This document shows, one piece after another, positions 28,017-37,196 of a DNA stretch of 64,000 nucleotides. The translations under genes and the position numbers were made by a program. Numbering within the stretch: position 1 is the first letter of the stretch; every line of letters begins with the position of its first letter. Below the pieces are notes generated by a model that was not told where the DNA came from, did not search any database, and saw nothing but the letters and a program-made list of their open reading frames with translations. Source of the DNA: an uncultured Acidobacteriaceae bacterium (GTDB taxonomy: Bacteria > Acidobacteriota > Terriglobia > Terriglobales > Acidobacteriaceae); the NCBI GenBank assembly GCA_963731345.1, contig CAVSUN010000005.1:446311-510310 (forward strand). Direction: 5' to 3'.

Positions 28017-29063
28017 ATGGCGACTACGCCGGCAAGCACACCGCAACCCAAAACTAACCGCATCGGGCTCACCGTACTCGACTATCGGGGCGGCAGGACG
28101 ACGCTTTGCGCCGGCTGTGGCCACAACGCCATCTCCGAGCGCATCATCGACGCCTTCTACGAGATGGGCATTGCCCCTGAGCGTGTGGTCAAGATGTCCG
28201 GCATCGGCTGCTCGTCGAAGAGCCCCGCTTACTTCATGGGCCGCTCGCACAGCTTCAACGCCGTCCATGGGCGCATGCCGTCGGTCACGACCGGAGCAGT
28301 GCTGGCGAACTCGAAGGTCGTTGCCCTCGGCGTCAGCGGTGACGGCGACACGGCTTCGATCGGCATCGGCCAGTTCGTTCACCTGATGCGGCGTAATCTG
28401 CCGATGATCTACATCATCGAAGACAACGGTGTGTACGGGTTGACCAAAGGCCAGTTCTCGGCGACCGCCGACCTGGGCTCGAAGTTGAAGACCGGGGTCA
28501 TCAACGACCTTCCGCCGATCGATACCTGCGCCTTGGCGATTATGCTGGGAGCGACATTTGTTGGCCGCTCCTTCTCCGGTGATAAGAGGCAGTTACACAC
28601 CATGCTTAAAGCTGCACTTGCACATAGGGGGACCGTGCTGCTCGACGTCATCTCGCCCTGCACCACCTTCAACGATCACGTTGGCTCGACCAAGTCGTAC
28701 CAGTTCGTGAGGGACCACGAGGAGCCGCTGCACGACCTTAACTTCGTGCCCCACTTCGATGAAATCAATGCCGACTACGACGAGGGAACGAGCCTCAACG
28801 TCACCATGCACGACGGTTCGACTCTGCTGCTGCGCAAGCTGGAGCAGGATTACGACCCGACCAACAAGACCGAAGCCATCAAGCGCGTCATGCAGTCGCA
28901 CGAGGCGGGTGAGGTGCTGACCGGAGTGCTCTACCTGAATACGACTGCCCCGAACTTTCTCGACATGATTAACATGACGGACCGGCCGCTGGCGACCCTG
29001 CCGGAGAGCGACACGCGCCCTTCGCGCGAGGCGCTAGAACAGTGCATGGAGGAATTGCGGTAA
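28017..29063 (+). CDS. korB: 2-oxoacid:ferredoxin oxidoreductase beta (TPP-binding) subunit
   Basis: CAGCGH, GIGCSS and the TPP motif VSGDGDTASIGIGQF..NNGVYGLTKGQ. Confidence 0.88.
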   Translation: MATTPASTPQPKTNRIGLTVLDYRGGRTTLCAGCGHNAISERIIDAFYEMGIAPERVVKMSGIGCSSKSPAYFMGRSHSFNAVHGRMPSVTTGAVLANSKVVALGVSGDGDTASIGIGQFVHLMRRNLPMIYIIEDNGVYGLTKGQFSATADLGSKLKTGVINDLPPIDTCALAIMLGATFVGRSFSGDKRQLHTMLKAALAHRGTVLLDVISPCTTFNDHVGSTKSYQFVRDHEEPLHDLNFVPHFDEINADYDEGTSLNVTMHDGSTLLLRKLEQDYDPTNKTEAIKRVMQSHEAGEVLTGVLYLNTTAPNFLDMINMTDRPLATLPESDTRPSREALEQCMEELR

Positions 29064-29112
29064 TCCCATTCTCGGGGCAATGATCCCAAGTTAGAATGAC
29101 CCATCGGACCGC

Positions 29113-30825
29113 ATGATTGCCACCGAGTTTCGCACCCTTATCGACGCCCTTCTCGCCGCTCCCGGGCAGCGTGAGTTCGTCACCTGTTGGATCGATGAGG
29201 ACGAGCGCGAAACCGTCGATTTTGGCGAGTTTCGCCGCCGCGCCTCCGTTCAGGCGGCTCTGCTCCGCGAACATGGCGTGGGCGGCGGCGATCGCGTGGT
29301 CATCATCATGCCGCAAGGCGTCGCGGCGATGACCGTCTTCGTGGGAGCGATGATGGTGGGCGCGGTCCCGGCCATCCTCGCCTACCCCAACTTCAAGGTT
29401 GAGGCTGACAAATACCGCTTTGGCCTCGCCGGGGTTACGGCGAACCTCAGCGCTCGCGCCGTTGTAATCGACGACCAGTTTCCCGACGACATGCTGGAAT
29501 ATGTTGCCCTCGGCGACAGCGCTGAACTGGTGCGTGCCGGCGGTGCAACCAACGTCGTACCGCCTCGAAACATTCTTGTGCATGAGGCCGAGCCCGATAG
29601 CCTGGCGTTTCTTCAGCATTCCGCCGGGACTACCGGCTTGCAGAAGGGTGTCGCGCTGACGCATGCGGCCGTGCTGCGCCAGTTACGCTCGCTCACGCAG
29701 GCCATGCAGATCGACGGTTCCACAGATCGTGTTTACAGTTGGCTGCCCTTGTATCACGACATGGGGCTGATCGCATGCTTCATGCTGCCGCTGGTCTGTC
29801 ACATGCCAGTCGTGATGCAGTCACCGCTCGACTGGGTGATGCATCCGGAGAGCATGTTGCAGATCATCAGCGAACATCGCTGCACGCTGGCGTGGCTGCC
29901 GAATTTCACATTTCAGTTTGTGCCGCGGCGAACGCCGCGCGAGCGCTGGACGCGATACGATCTTTCCTCGGTTCGCGGGCTCGTCAACTGCTCCGAACCG
30001 GTTCGCGCGGCCAGCATCGACGAGTTCTATCACGCCTTTGCTTCAGTCGGGTTGAAGCGATCGGCCATGCAGTCGTCATACGCTATGGCGGAAAACGTTT
30101 TCGCTGTCACGCAATCAGGAATTAACGGACGAGCAGAGCCGGCGCGCATTTGGGCCGATGGCAAGACATTTCGCAGCGAGCACCGTATCGTCTCCGTTGC
30201 GGAAAATGCTGAAGGTGCAATCTCCTTCGTTTCGTCGGGGCAGCTGCTGCCGGGCAATGAAGTGCGCATCGCCTCCGATTCCGGCGAGATTCTTCCCGAC
30301 GGTCACGTCGGCGAAATTCTCATCAAGAGCGATTGTCTTTTCGAGGGCTATTACAACCGTCCCGATCTTACTGCGAAGACGCTCGTCGACGGTTGGTATC
30401 ACAGTGGCGATCTTGGTTTCTATCTCGACGACGAATTGTATGTCGTCGGGCGCAAGAAGGACCTGCTGATCATCGGCGGCGAGAACATTTATCCTCAGGA
30501 CATTGAGGAAATCGCTTCTGCGCATCCGGCCATCCATGACGGTCGTGCCATTGCCATGGGCCTGTACAATCCTGAACTTGGGACGGAGGAGATCGTGCTG
30601 GTCGCCGAAGTAGAGCGCGAAGAGCTACTGGAAAATGCCTCAGAGATTGAGCGCGAAGTGCGCACCAGGATCGTTGCGGGTACGGGAGTCGCGGTGCGCA
30701 CGATCCTCCTTAAGCCGCCCAAATGGATCGTGAAGAGCACGGCCGGTAAGCCGGCCCGTTCTACCACTCGCGAGAAGCTGCTGCGTGAACATCCCGAGTT
30801 ACATCAGGAGAGCACTGATCTGTGA
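29113..30825 (+). CDS. acyl-AMP ligase / adenylate-forming enzyme (DltA/FAAL-like)
   Basis: Adenylation motifs [26 protein letters not shown] and [20 protein letters not shown]. 4-nt overlap with the downstream carrier protein gene. Confidence 0.8.
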   Translation: MIATEFRTLIDALLAAPGQREFVTCWIDEDERETVDFGEFRRRASVQAALLREHGVGGGDRVVIIMPQGVAAMTVFVGAMMVGAVPAILAYPNFKVEADKYRFGLAGVTANLSARAVVIDDQFPDDMLEYVALGDSAELVRAGGATNVVPPRNILVHEAEPDSLAFLQHSAGTTGLQKGVALTHAAVLRQLRSLTQAMQIDGSTDRVYSWLPLYHDMGLIACFMLPLVCHMPVVMQSPLDWVMHPESMLQIISEHRCTLAWLPNFTFQFVPRRTPRERWTRYDLSSVRGLVNCSEPVRAASIDEFYHAFASVGLKRSAMQSSYAMAENVFAVTQSGINGRAEPARIWADGKTFRSEHRIVSVAENAEGAISFVSSGQLLPGNEVRIASDSGEILPDGHVGEILIKSDCLFEGYYNRPDLTAKTLVDGWYHSGDLGFYLDDELYVVGRKKDLLIIGGENIYPQDIEEIASAHPAIHDGRAIAMGLYNPELGTEEIVLVAEVEREELLENASEIEREVRTRIVAGTGVAVRTILLKPPKWIVKSTAGKPARSTTREKLLREHPELHQESTDL

Positions 30826-31076
30826 CCGCTGAAACTCAGCAGATGATCGACCATATTACGCAGCTGATTCGCAAGCCCGGGCTCGCGCTCGACGAGAATA
30901 CGCCGCTGGTTTCCTCCGGCCTGATCGACTCGATGGCGCTCGTCGACTTGCTGATGAAGCTGGAAGACATCACCCGCATGCGCATTCCGCCCGGCAAGGT
31001 GCAACCGAAAGACATGGACACGGTGGTGCTCATGTTCGCCACCGCCGAGCGCGTGGGCAAGCCCCGCAAGCAGTAA
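30822..31076 (+). CDS. acyl/peptidyl carrier protein (DltC-like)
   Basis: 84 aa. Phosphopantetheine-site-like [20 protein letters not shown]. Confidence 0.7.
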   Translation: MTAETQQMIDHITQLIRKPGLALDENTPLVSSGLIDSMALVDLLMKLEDITRMRIPPGKVQPKDMDTVVLMFATAERVGKPRKQ

Positions 31077-31084
31077 AGGCCGTC

Positions 31085-32350
31085 TTGAGTGCAACTCCAG
31101 TCAACGCGATTGCAATCTCGCCGGAAGTTGTCGATCTGAAACGGCGGCGGCGCGTCAGGCTGACGTTGTTCTTGATCTCGCTGATTGTCAGCGTGACGGC
31201 GTTTGTCGCCATTGACTACGCCTACAGCAAAGTGATGCTCGGCTCGGCCGTGTCGGGAGGACCGCATGGCTTCTGCTTCAGCCGCGATCCCGTGCGCGGG
31301 TTCGCATTTCGCGCGAACTGCTCTTGCATCCGTCCGTGGCTGGGAAGCTCGTACGAGTTCAACACCAATAGTCTGGGATTTCGCGATGAGCGCATCCGCG
31401 ACGTCCCGCTGACCAGTTCGCGCCCGCGAATTTTGATCCTTGGGGATTCCGCGCCCGAAGGCATGACGAGCTGGCAAGACAGCTTTATCGGCCGCATCAC
31501 CGCGCGGTTTCCGCAGTACGAATTCCTGAACTCCAGCGTGGAGGGATATTCGCCGTCGAACTACCTCAATACGGCGACAATGCTGCTCGACAAGGGTTTC
31601 GACTTCGATGAGGCGATCGTCTTCATCGACATCTCCGACGCGCAGGACGAGGCGGCGTTCTTCCATGACACGGATTCTTCGGGCGCGGTCGCGACCGCCA
31701 GCCAGAAACGGACAAAGAGCAGCGGGTACTCGGACGCGCGCCTCTGGATCAACAACAATCTCCTGCTGACGAACGATGTCTTCAATTTTGTTGAGCGGGA
31801 GCTGGTGCGGTTGGGTTGGTATCACCTCGACCTTGGACATGGCGGAAATGAGTTCGATCTGGAGCGTTCTGCGTGGACCTATCGCCACGTATCCGACGAC
31901 GAGCCTTACGAAACTGGCTATGCGCCGCTCGGGCTGGAGCGTGGCATCGTGAAAGAGAAGTCCAAGATGAACGCGCTTTACCGCGAGTTGCAACAACGCA
32001 ACATCCCGCTGAGCGTGGTGGTTTATCCCTGGCCGGCGCAGCTTGCGCACGACACGGTTGATTCGCGGCAGGTGCGCATCTGGCGCGAGTGGTGCCAGGG
32101 TAAGTGCAAGCGGTTCGTGACCCTGTTTCCCGCGTTCTTCGCTATCAAAGACGAGTGCCCGACATTGCAGCCCGGGTGCTGGTACCTGAGCCACTTCATC
32201 TTCGGCGATACCCATTACAACTCCGCGGGCGATGCGGTCGTGGCCAACGTGGTCAGCAAGAGCTTAGAGGAAGAGCCCGCCGCGAAACGCAGCCCGCAGG
32301 GCGATACAGACTTAGCCCAGCACGCGAGTGCCGGGAAAACGGCGCATTAG
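31085..32350 (+). CDS. membrane-anchored SGNH/GDSL-like protein (DltD/AlgX-like role)
   Basis: TTG start. N-terminal TM. Block I ILILGDSAPEG and C-terminal DTHYN (DxxH) motif. Confidence 0.6.
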   Translation: MSATPVNAIAISPEVVDLKRRRRVRLTLFLISLIVSVTAFVAIDYAYSKVMLGSAVSGGPHGFCFSRDPVRGFAFRANCSCIRPWLGSSYEFNTNSLGFRDERIRDVPLTSSRPRILILGDSAPEGMTSWQDSFIGRITARFPQYEFLNSSVEGYSPSNYLNTATMLLDKGFDFDEAIVFIDISDAQDEAAFFHDTDSSGAVATASQKRTKSSGYSDARLWINNNLLLTNDVFNFVERELVRLGWYHLDLGHGGNEFDLERSAWTYRHVSDDEPYETGYAPLGLERGIVKEKSKMNALYRELQQRNIPLSVVVYPWPAQLAHDTVDSRQVRIWREWCQGKCKRFVTLFPAFFAIKDECPTLQPGCWYLSHFIFGDTHYNSAGDAVVANVVSKSLEEEPAAKRSPQGDTDLAQHASAGKTAH

Positions 32351-32400
32351 ATTGAGTCCCTTCAGGGACGACACAACACTCGGTCGCTGAAAGGAAAGTT

Positions 32401-32724
32401 ATGTCAGAGCACCAAGAGGAAGGTGCTTTTCTGGCTTACGTCGGCGATGCAGGATTGCACGATGCCAGCATCGTCTCCTACATCCAGCATGGAAAAGAGC
32501 TGGACGTATTTCTGAAGAGAGAAGACGGTCGTCCTTTTCGGATATTGTTCTTCGATGTACAGAGGCTCGAAGTGAATCGCGCTGAAGGAATGCTGATTTA
32601 CGCTCTTGCAGAGCTTAAGGGAGACGGTGCTCATCGGCGGTTCTCGTTTGTCAATTGGCACGAGAAAGATGACGCGCGTCTGGAAGTCGTCGCGACTGAG
32701 TTTCGGGTGCTTAGGGAGCCGTAA
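32401..32724 (+). CDS. hypothetical protein (compositional outlier inside the cluster)
   Basis: 107-aa ORF with a GAAAG-type Shine-Dalgarno-like sequence before the ATG. Visibly more AT-rich than the flanking genes. No recognisable motif. Confidence 0.4.
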   Translation: MSEHQEEGAFLAYVGDAGLHDASIVSYIQHGKELDVFLKREDGRPFRILFFDVQRLEVNRAEGMLIYALAELKGDGAHRRFSFVNWHEKDDARLEVVATEFRVLREP

Positions 32725-32730
32725 GGCCAG

Positions 32731-34194
32731 ATGGCGGAATCGATGCGAACCTTGCTTTACGTCCTGGCGCTGCTCTTCGGCGTCATCGTGCTTACGCGCG
32801 CCCGCTCGCGCACCGCGCGCCAGATTTTCCTGCTCGCCGTCAGCTATGCCCTTTATCTCGCTTGGGGACCTTGGTTCCTGCTCGTCCTACTCGCCTCGAC
32901 GGCCATAAACTTCGCGTTCGGCCGCCGGATGCAGCGCAAGCCATCGGCCGGAATTTTGTGGACCGGACTTCTCTTCAACCTGCTTCTGCTTGCTTTGTTC
33001 AAATATCTGCCCGCTGCCACGGCCTCCATTCCGCTCTACTCGTTACAGAAGTTCTCACACATCGCGCTCCCGCTTGGCATCTCGTTCTGGACTTTCCAGG
33101 CGATGAGCTATCTGTTCGACCTCTACCGCGGCGACGAACTCGACCCGAGCTTCATCGAGTTCGCACTCTACATGGCGTTCTTTCCGGTCACGATCTCCGG
33201 CCCCATCTGCCGCATGCCGGATATGCTCCCGCAGTTTCGCTCTGATGCCGCGCCTTCGCGCGACGACCAAGCGCGCGGCTTATGCCGTATCGCCACCGGC
33301 CTGCTGATGATGCAGGTCGCACAACTGCTGGGAAAGGGACTGCTCGCCGGCCAGGGAATCAATGCAGCCTTCGACCAGATGCGCAACTGGAGCGGCCCAG
33401 ACGTTTGGCTTCTCGCGCTGGGCTACGGTCTGCAAATTTTCTTCGACTTCGCCGGCTACTCCCATATCGCGATCGGCGCGGCGCGCATGCTGGGCTTTAC
33501 CGTGCCGGAGAACTTCGCGCTCCCATTCGCGTCCACCACGCCCTCAATCTTCTGGACGCGCTGGCACATGTCGCTCTCATTCTGGATTCGCGACTACGTC
33601 TTTCTGCCGCTCGCCATGCTGCGCCGCGACGAGTGGTGGCGCAAGTTTGGCCTCCTCATCTCGATGGTGCTCTTCGGCATCTGGCATAAGGGCACGATTC
33701 TGTTCGTGCTCTTCGGCTGTTACCACGGGGTATTGCTCATGCTGCATCGGCAGGCGCAGCAGGTCGAGAGGAGGCTGGGCTGGCAGCTATCGTCGAAGCT
33801 GTGGACTGTGCTTTCGTGGGCCCTGACCATGGCACTGGTCAACCTGGGATGGATCTTCTTCCGCGCCGGCTCGCTCACGCAGGCGGTACAGATGTTCTCG
33901 GCGCTGCTCGCGCCCACCGGCTACGCGCAGCATCTTCTGCCCAGCAGTCTGTATGTGCTGGTTGCGGTTATCGGCTTCAGTTACGCAGTCACCCTGATCG
34001 TGCTTGGCGTTCTCGATCGATATATCGAAAGGTTCGAGCAATCGCCGGGCTCAGCCGCAACTGCGGCCGCCATTGCGCTGCGAAACCGGTGGGTCTGGAT
34101 TGCACCGATCTGGGCAGCAGCGTGTATCCTCGTCTTGACCCTTATCCCTCACCAGAGTCGCGCAGCCAATGTTTTCATGTATCGTTTCTTCTAG
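32731..34194 (+). CDS. MBOAT family O-acyltransferase (DltB/AlgI-like)
   Basis: Polytopic. FWTRWHMSLSFWIRDYVFLPL and FGIWHKGT carry the conserved MBOAT His residues. Confidence 0.85.
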   Translation: MAESMRTLLYVLALLFGVIVLTRARSRTARQIFLLAVSYALYLAWGPWFLLVLLASTAINFAFGRRMQRKPSAGILWTGLLFNLLLLALFKYLPAATASIPLYSLQKFSHIALPLGISFWTFQAMSYLFDLYRGDELDPSFIEFALYMAFFPVTISGPICRMPDMLPQFRSDAAPSRDDQARGLCRIATGLLMMQVAQLLGKGLLAGQGINAAFDQMRNWSGPDVWLLALGYGLQIFFDFAGYSHIAIGAARMLGFTVPENFALPFASTTPSIFWTRWHMSLSFWIRDYVFLPLAMLRRDEWWRKFGLLISMVLFGIWHKGTILFVLFGCYHGVLLMLHRQAQQVERRLGWQLSSKLWTVLSWALTMALVNLGWIFFRAGSLTQAVQMFSALLAPTGYAQHLLPSSLYVLVAVIGFSYAVTLIVLGVLDRYIERFEQSPGSAATAAAIALRNRWVWIAPIWAAACILVLTLIPHQSRAANVFMYRFF

Positions 34195-34376
34195 CCCGCG
34201 CTGAAATCGAGCCGTAACAATTGCTCCGTTTTGAGCCCACACGCATTACGAAAGTCATTAACTTTTGCTGATCAGGCTCTCTCGATCCGCTAGAATGTAG
34301 GGTAAAATCAGCGGACGGTCGCCGCCCCTTCGTTACACGTGTCTTTACCGAAGGGCCGGTTTCGGGAGACTAGGGT

Positions 34377-34556
34377 ATGGGCTTCTTTCGGACAACAGGT
34401 CAACGGGTGGGCACTGCGGGTCAGCTTTTCTCTTTTTTCTGGAGCAACAAGCGGTGGTGGCTTACACCCATCCTGATCACCCTGGCCCTGTTTGCCGTGG
34501 TGCTGATCCTGGCCCAGAGTTCCGCGATCGCGCCGTTCATCTACACCTTCTTCTAA
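34377..34556 (+). CDS. DUF5989-like small membrane protein (59 aa, absent from the supplied ORF track)
   Basis: ATG 34377 to TAA 34554-34556. MGFFRTTGQRVGTAGQLFSFFWSNKRWWLTPILITLALFAVVLILAQSSAIAPFIYTFF matches the conserved ..KKWWL.PII..L.L...L......S..APFIYTLF pattern. Confidence 0.6.
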   Translation: MGFFRTTGQRVGTAGQLFSFFWSNKRWWLTPILITLALFAVVLILAQSSAIAPFIYTFF

Positions 34557-34568
34557 GGAAAACGCACG

Positions 34569-34880
34569 ATGGTGCTTCATTTCATCAGGCTACATTGGCG
34601 GACCGTCCTGGCCGTCGCCGTTCTCGCGCTCCTGGTCTGGGCCTGCTTGCCTGCAGCCTTGAAGGCGAAGGTATCGGGAGGCTGGAAGAAGTTTGGCCGT
34701 GCGATCGGCAACTTCAACGCGCGCGTTCTACTCACGCTTCTGTACGCGGTTGTGATCATGCCGTTCGGCCTGGTGGTGCGCTTCTTCGCTGACTCACTGC
34801 ACACCAAGAAGCGTCCTGAAGCTTGGTTTGACCATCCTCCGCTGCCCAACACCTTAGAAGAGGCCCGGCGTCAAGGCTGA
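34569..34880 (+). CDS. SxtJ-like small membrane protein
   Basis: WKKFGRAIGNFNARVLLTLLYAVVIMPFGLVVRFF resembles the SxtJ C-terminal half. Context sits between the DUF5989-like ORF and the carbamoyltransferase. Confidence 0.45.
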   Translation: MVLHFIRLHWRTVLAVAVLALLVWACLPAALKAKVSGGWKKFGRAIGNFNARVLLTLLYAVVIMPFGLVVRFFADSLHTKKRPEAWFDHPPLPNTLEEARRQG

Positions 34881-34881
34881 C

Positions 34882-36708
34882 ATGAATATCCTGGGAATCT
34901 CCTGTTACTACCACGACGCCGCGGCCGCACTTTTGCAGGACGGCCAGCTGATTGCCGCCTCCGAGGAAGAGCGCTTCAGCCGCATCAAGCACGACTTCGG
35001 CTTTCCTCATCACGCCATTCAGTTCTGTCTCGAGAGCGGCGGGATCCAGGGCAAAGATCTCGACTATGCGGTGTTCTACGAGAAGCCTTTCCGCAAGTTT
35101 GATCGCATCCTGATGAGCGTGCTGCAAACCTATCCGCAGTCGTACAAAGTTTTTCGCGAGTCGATGATCACCTGGATGATCGACAAGCTGTGGGTAGGCT
35201 CGAAGATCTCGGCTGAACTGGGCATTCCGAGCGACAAGATCGTGTACGCCGAACATCACATGTCGCATGCTGCGAGCGCGTTTCTCTGCTCGCCGTTCGA
35301 AGAAGCGGCGGTGCTCACCATTGACGGCGTGGGCGAGTGGGTCACGGGAACCTGGGGCGTCGGGCGCGGCAACGAGATTGACATCAAGAAACAGATGATG
35401 TTCCCCCACTCCATCGGCCTGCTGTACAGCGCCTTCACCGCGTTTCTCGGCTTCGAGGTGAACGAGGGCGAGTACAAAGTGATGGGCATGGCACCCTACG
35501 GCCAGCCGCGCTACGTCGAGAAAGTCTGGAAGCTGATCCGGCAGGAAGCCGACGGCTCGTTCTCGCTCGACATGGATTATTTCTGTTTCCAGCATTCCAC
35601 GACGCGCACCTTCAACAACAAGTTCGTGCAACTGTTCGGCGAGCCGCGTCCGCCGAAGATGCTGTTCTTTACCGAAGACTCGGGCTTTCCTGAGTACTTC
35701 GGCGAGGCCCCACCGAACTTCCGCGAGCTCTGCAAGCTGAACCAGCACTATGCCGACATCGCCGCCAGCATTCAGCAGGTGACCGAAGAAGTCATCATCT
35801 GCATGGCGCGGCAACTGCACAAAGAGACCGGACTCAGCAAGCTCTGCATTGCCGGAGGCGTAGGCCTGAACAGCGTTGCCAACCATCGCATCCTGCGCGA
35901 GACGCCGTTCGAAGACATCTTCATTCAGCCCGCGGCCGGCGACGGCGGTGGCGCGTTGGGCGCCGCGCTCTGGGCGGACAACATGCTGCTCGGCAATAAA
36001 CGCCGCTTCCGTATGGATCACGCCTATTGGGGCAAGGCATATTCCGACGCCGAAGTGCACCAGTTCCTGACCGAGAACAACATTCCATTTGAGTGCATCG
36101 ACAACGACGATCGCCTGCTCGACCTTGCTGTCGACCGGCTGCAACAAGGCAACGTGATCGGCTGGTATCAGGGACGCTTCGAGTGGGGCCCCCGTGCGCT
36201 GGGGAATCGCAGCATCATCGCCGACGCGCGCAATCCGCACATGAAGGACATCGTCAACACCAAAATCAAGTTCCGCGAACCCTATCGCCCATTTGCGCCG
36301 TCGGTGCTGGCCGAGCGCACGGAAGAGTTCTTCGAGCTCCCCAACGCAGCCGAGCACTATCCCGCGCGCTACATGCTGTATGTCGTGCCGGTGCGACCGT
36401 CGAAGCACAGCGTGTTGCCGGCGATCACCCACGTCGACGGCACCGGACGGTTGCAGACCGTCTTCGAAGACGCCAACCCTCGCTATCACCGGCTCATCAA
36501 GCGCTTCTCGCAGGCAACCGGCATACCCGCCGTGCTGAACACGTCATTCAATCTCAAGGGCGAGCCGATCGTCACCACACCCGCGAACGCCTTCAGCACC
36601 TTTTCGCGCAGCGAGATGGACATGCTGTTCCTCGGCAACTTTGTGGTCGAGAAAGAGCGCATGAAGCGCGGCTCGGAACAGCTGGCGGAAGCGGTTGGAG
36701 CCAAGTGA
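34882..36708 (+). CDS. carbamoyltransferase (NodU/CmcH family)
   Basis: MNILGISCYYHDAAAALLQDGQLIAASEEERFSRIKHD, HHMSHAASAF, and the C-terminal domain with GWYQGRFEWGPRALGNRSI..NTSFNLKGEPIV. Confidence 0.9.
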   Translation: MNILGISCYYHDAAAALLQDGQLIAASEEERFSRIKHDFGFPHHAIQFCLESGGIQGKDLDYAVFYEKPFRKFDRILMSVLQTYPQSYKVFRESMITWMIDKLWVGSKISAELGIPSDKIVYAEHHMSHAASAFLCSPFEEAAVLTIDGVGEWVTGTWGVGRGNEIDIKKQMMFPHSIGLLYSAFTAFLGFEVNEGEYKVMGMAPYGQPRYVEKVWKLIRQEADGSFSLDMDYFCFQHSTTRTFNNKFVQLFGEPRPPKMLFFTEDSGFPEYFGEAPPNFRELCKLNQHYADIAASIQQVTEEVIICMARQLHKETGLSKLCIAGGVGLNSVANHRILRETPFEDIFIQPAAGDGGGALGAALWADNMLLGNKRRFRMDHAYWGKAYSDAEVHQFLTENNIPFECIDNDDRLLDLAVDRLQQGNVIGWYQGRFEWGPRALGNRSIIADARNPHMKDIVNTKIKFREPYRPFAPSVLAERTEEFFELPNAAEHYPARYMLYVVPVRPSKHSVLPAITHVDGTGRLQTVFEDANPRYHRLIKRFSQATGIPAVLNTSFNLKGEPIVTTPANAFSTFSRSEMDMLFLGNFVVEKERMKRGSEQLAEAVGAK

Positions 36709-36789
36709 GCCGACGATGGACAGTGCCGCAATTTGGTCTGCTATAGCCTCGGTTAGCACAGCTCCCACGCATTGGGATAAGATTCCGAC

Positions 36790-37098
36790 ATGTCCAAGCA
36801 TTCCTCCCCTTTCGAGGTGGCCTGCCCCTGCTGCGGCGCCAGCCTGAAGATCGATCCCAGCGTGAAGGCCGTCATCGCACACACGCCTAAAGCCGTCCCC
36901 AAAACGTTTGAAGACATGGAAGCGGCCGCGCGTGCCATGAAGGAGCAGGACAGTCGCAAGGAATCGATCTTCCGCCAGTCGGTGGAGGCCCAGAAACATC
37001 AGGCCGACTTGCTGGAGAAGAAATTTCAGGAAGCGCTCAAGCGCGCGAAGGAAACGCCGGACACAGGTAAGCCGCTGCGCGATTTTGATCTGGACTGA
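36790..37098 (+). CDS. small zinc-ribbon-like / coiled-coil hypothetical protein
   Basis: ACPCCGASLKID followed by a charged helical tail. Confidence 0.45.
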   Translation: MSKHSSPFEVACPCCGASLKIDPSVKAVIAHTPKAVPKTFEDMEAAARAMKEQDSRKESIFRQSVEAQKHQADLLEKKFQEALKRAKETPDTGKPLRDFDLD

Positions 37099-37196
37099 AG
37101 GGTAAAGCGGCGGCTTTAGCGCCGCGTTGCCTCCAGGGTTTTTTCAGAAGAGCCCGGTTTAGCGGGCGACACTCCCACCAACCTCGCGGAATTTTT

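Noticed and set aside
30836-32215. 459-aa ORF antisense to the carrier protein and SGNH genes
   Set aside because: The shadow frame has no motifs. The plus-strand genes fit a coherent operon with 4-nt coupling.
34756-36489. 577-aa ORF antisense to the carbamoyltransferase gene
   Set aside because: The plus-strand product has clear NodU/CmcH motifs. The antisense translation is Arg/Ala/Val/Gly-rich, as expected for a GC-rich shadow frame.
37107-37143. Rho-independent terminator after the 102-aa ORF
   Set aside because: There is a 6-bp GC stem (gcggcg/cgccgc), but the T-run begins about 13 nt after the stem. This is not a canonical intrinsic terminator.
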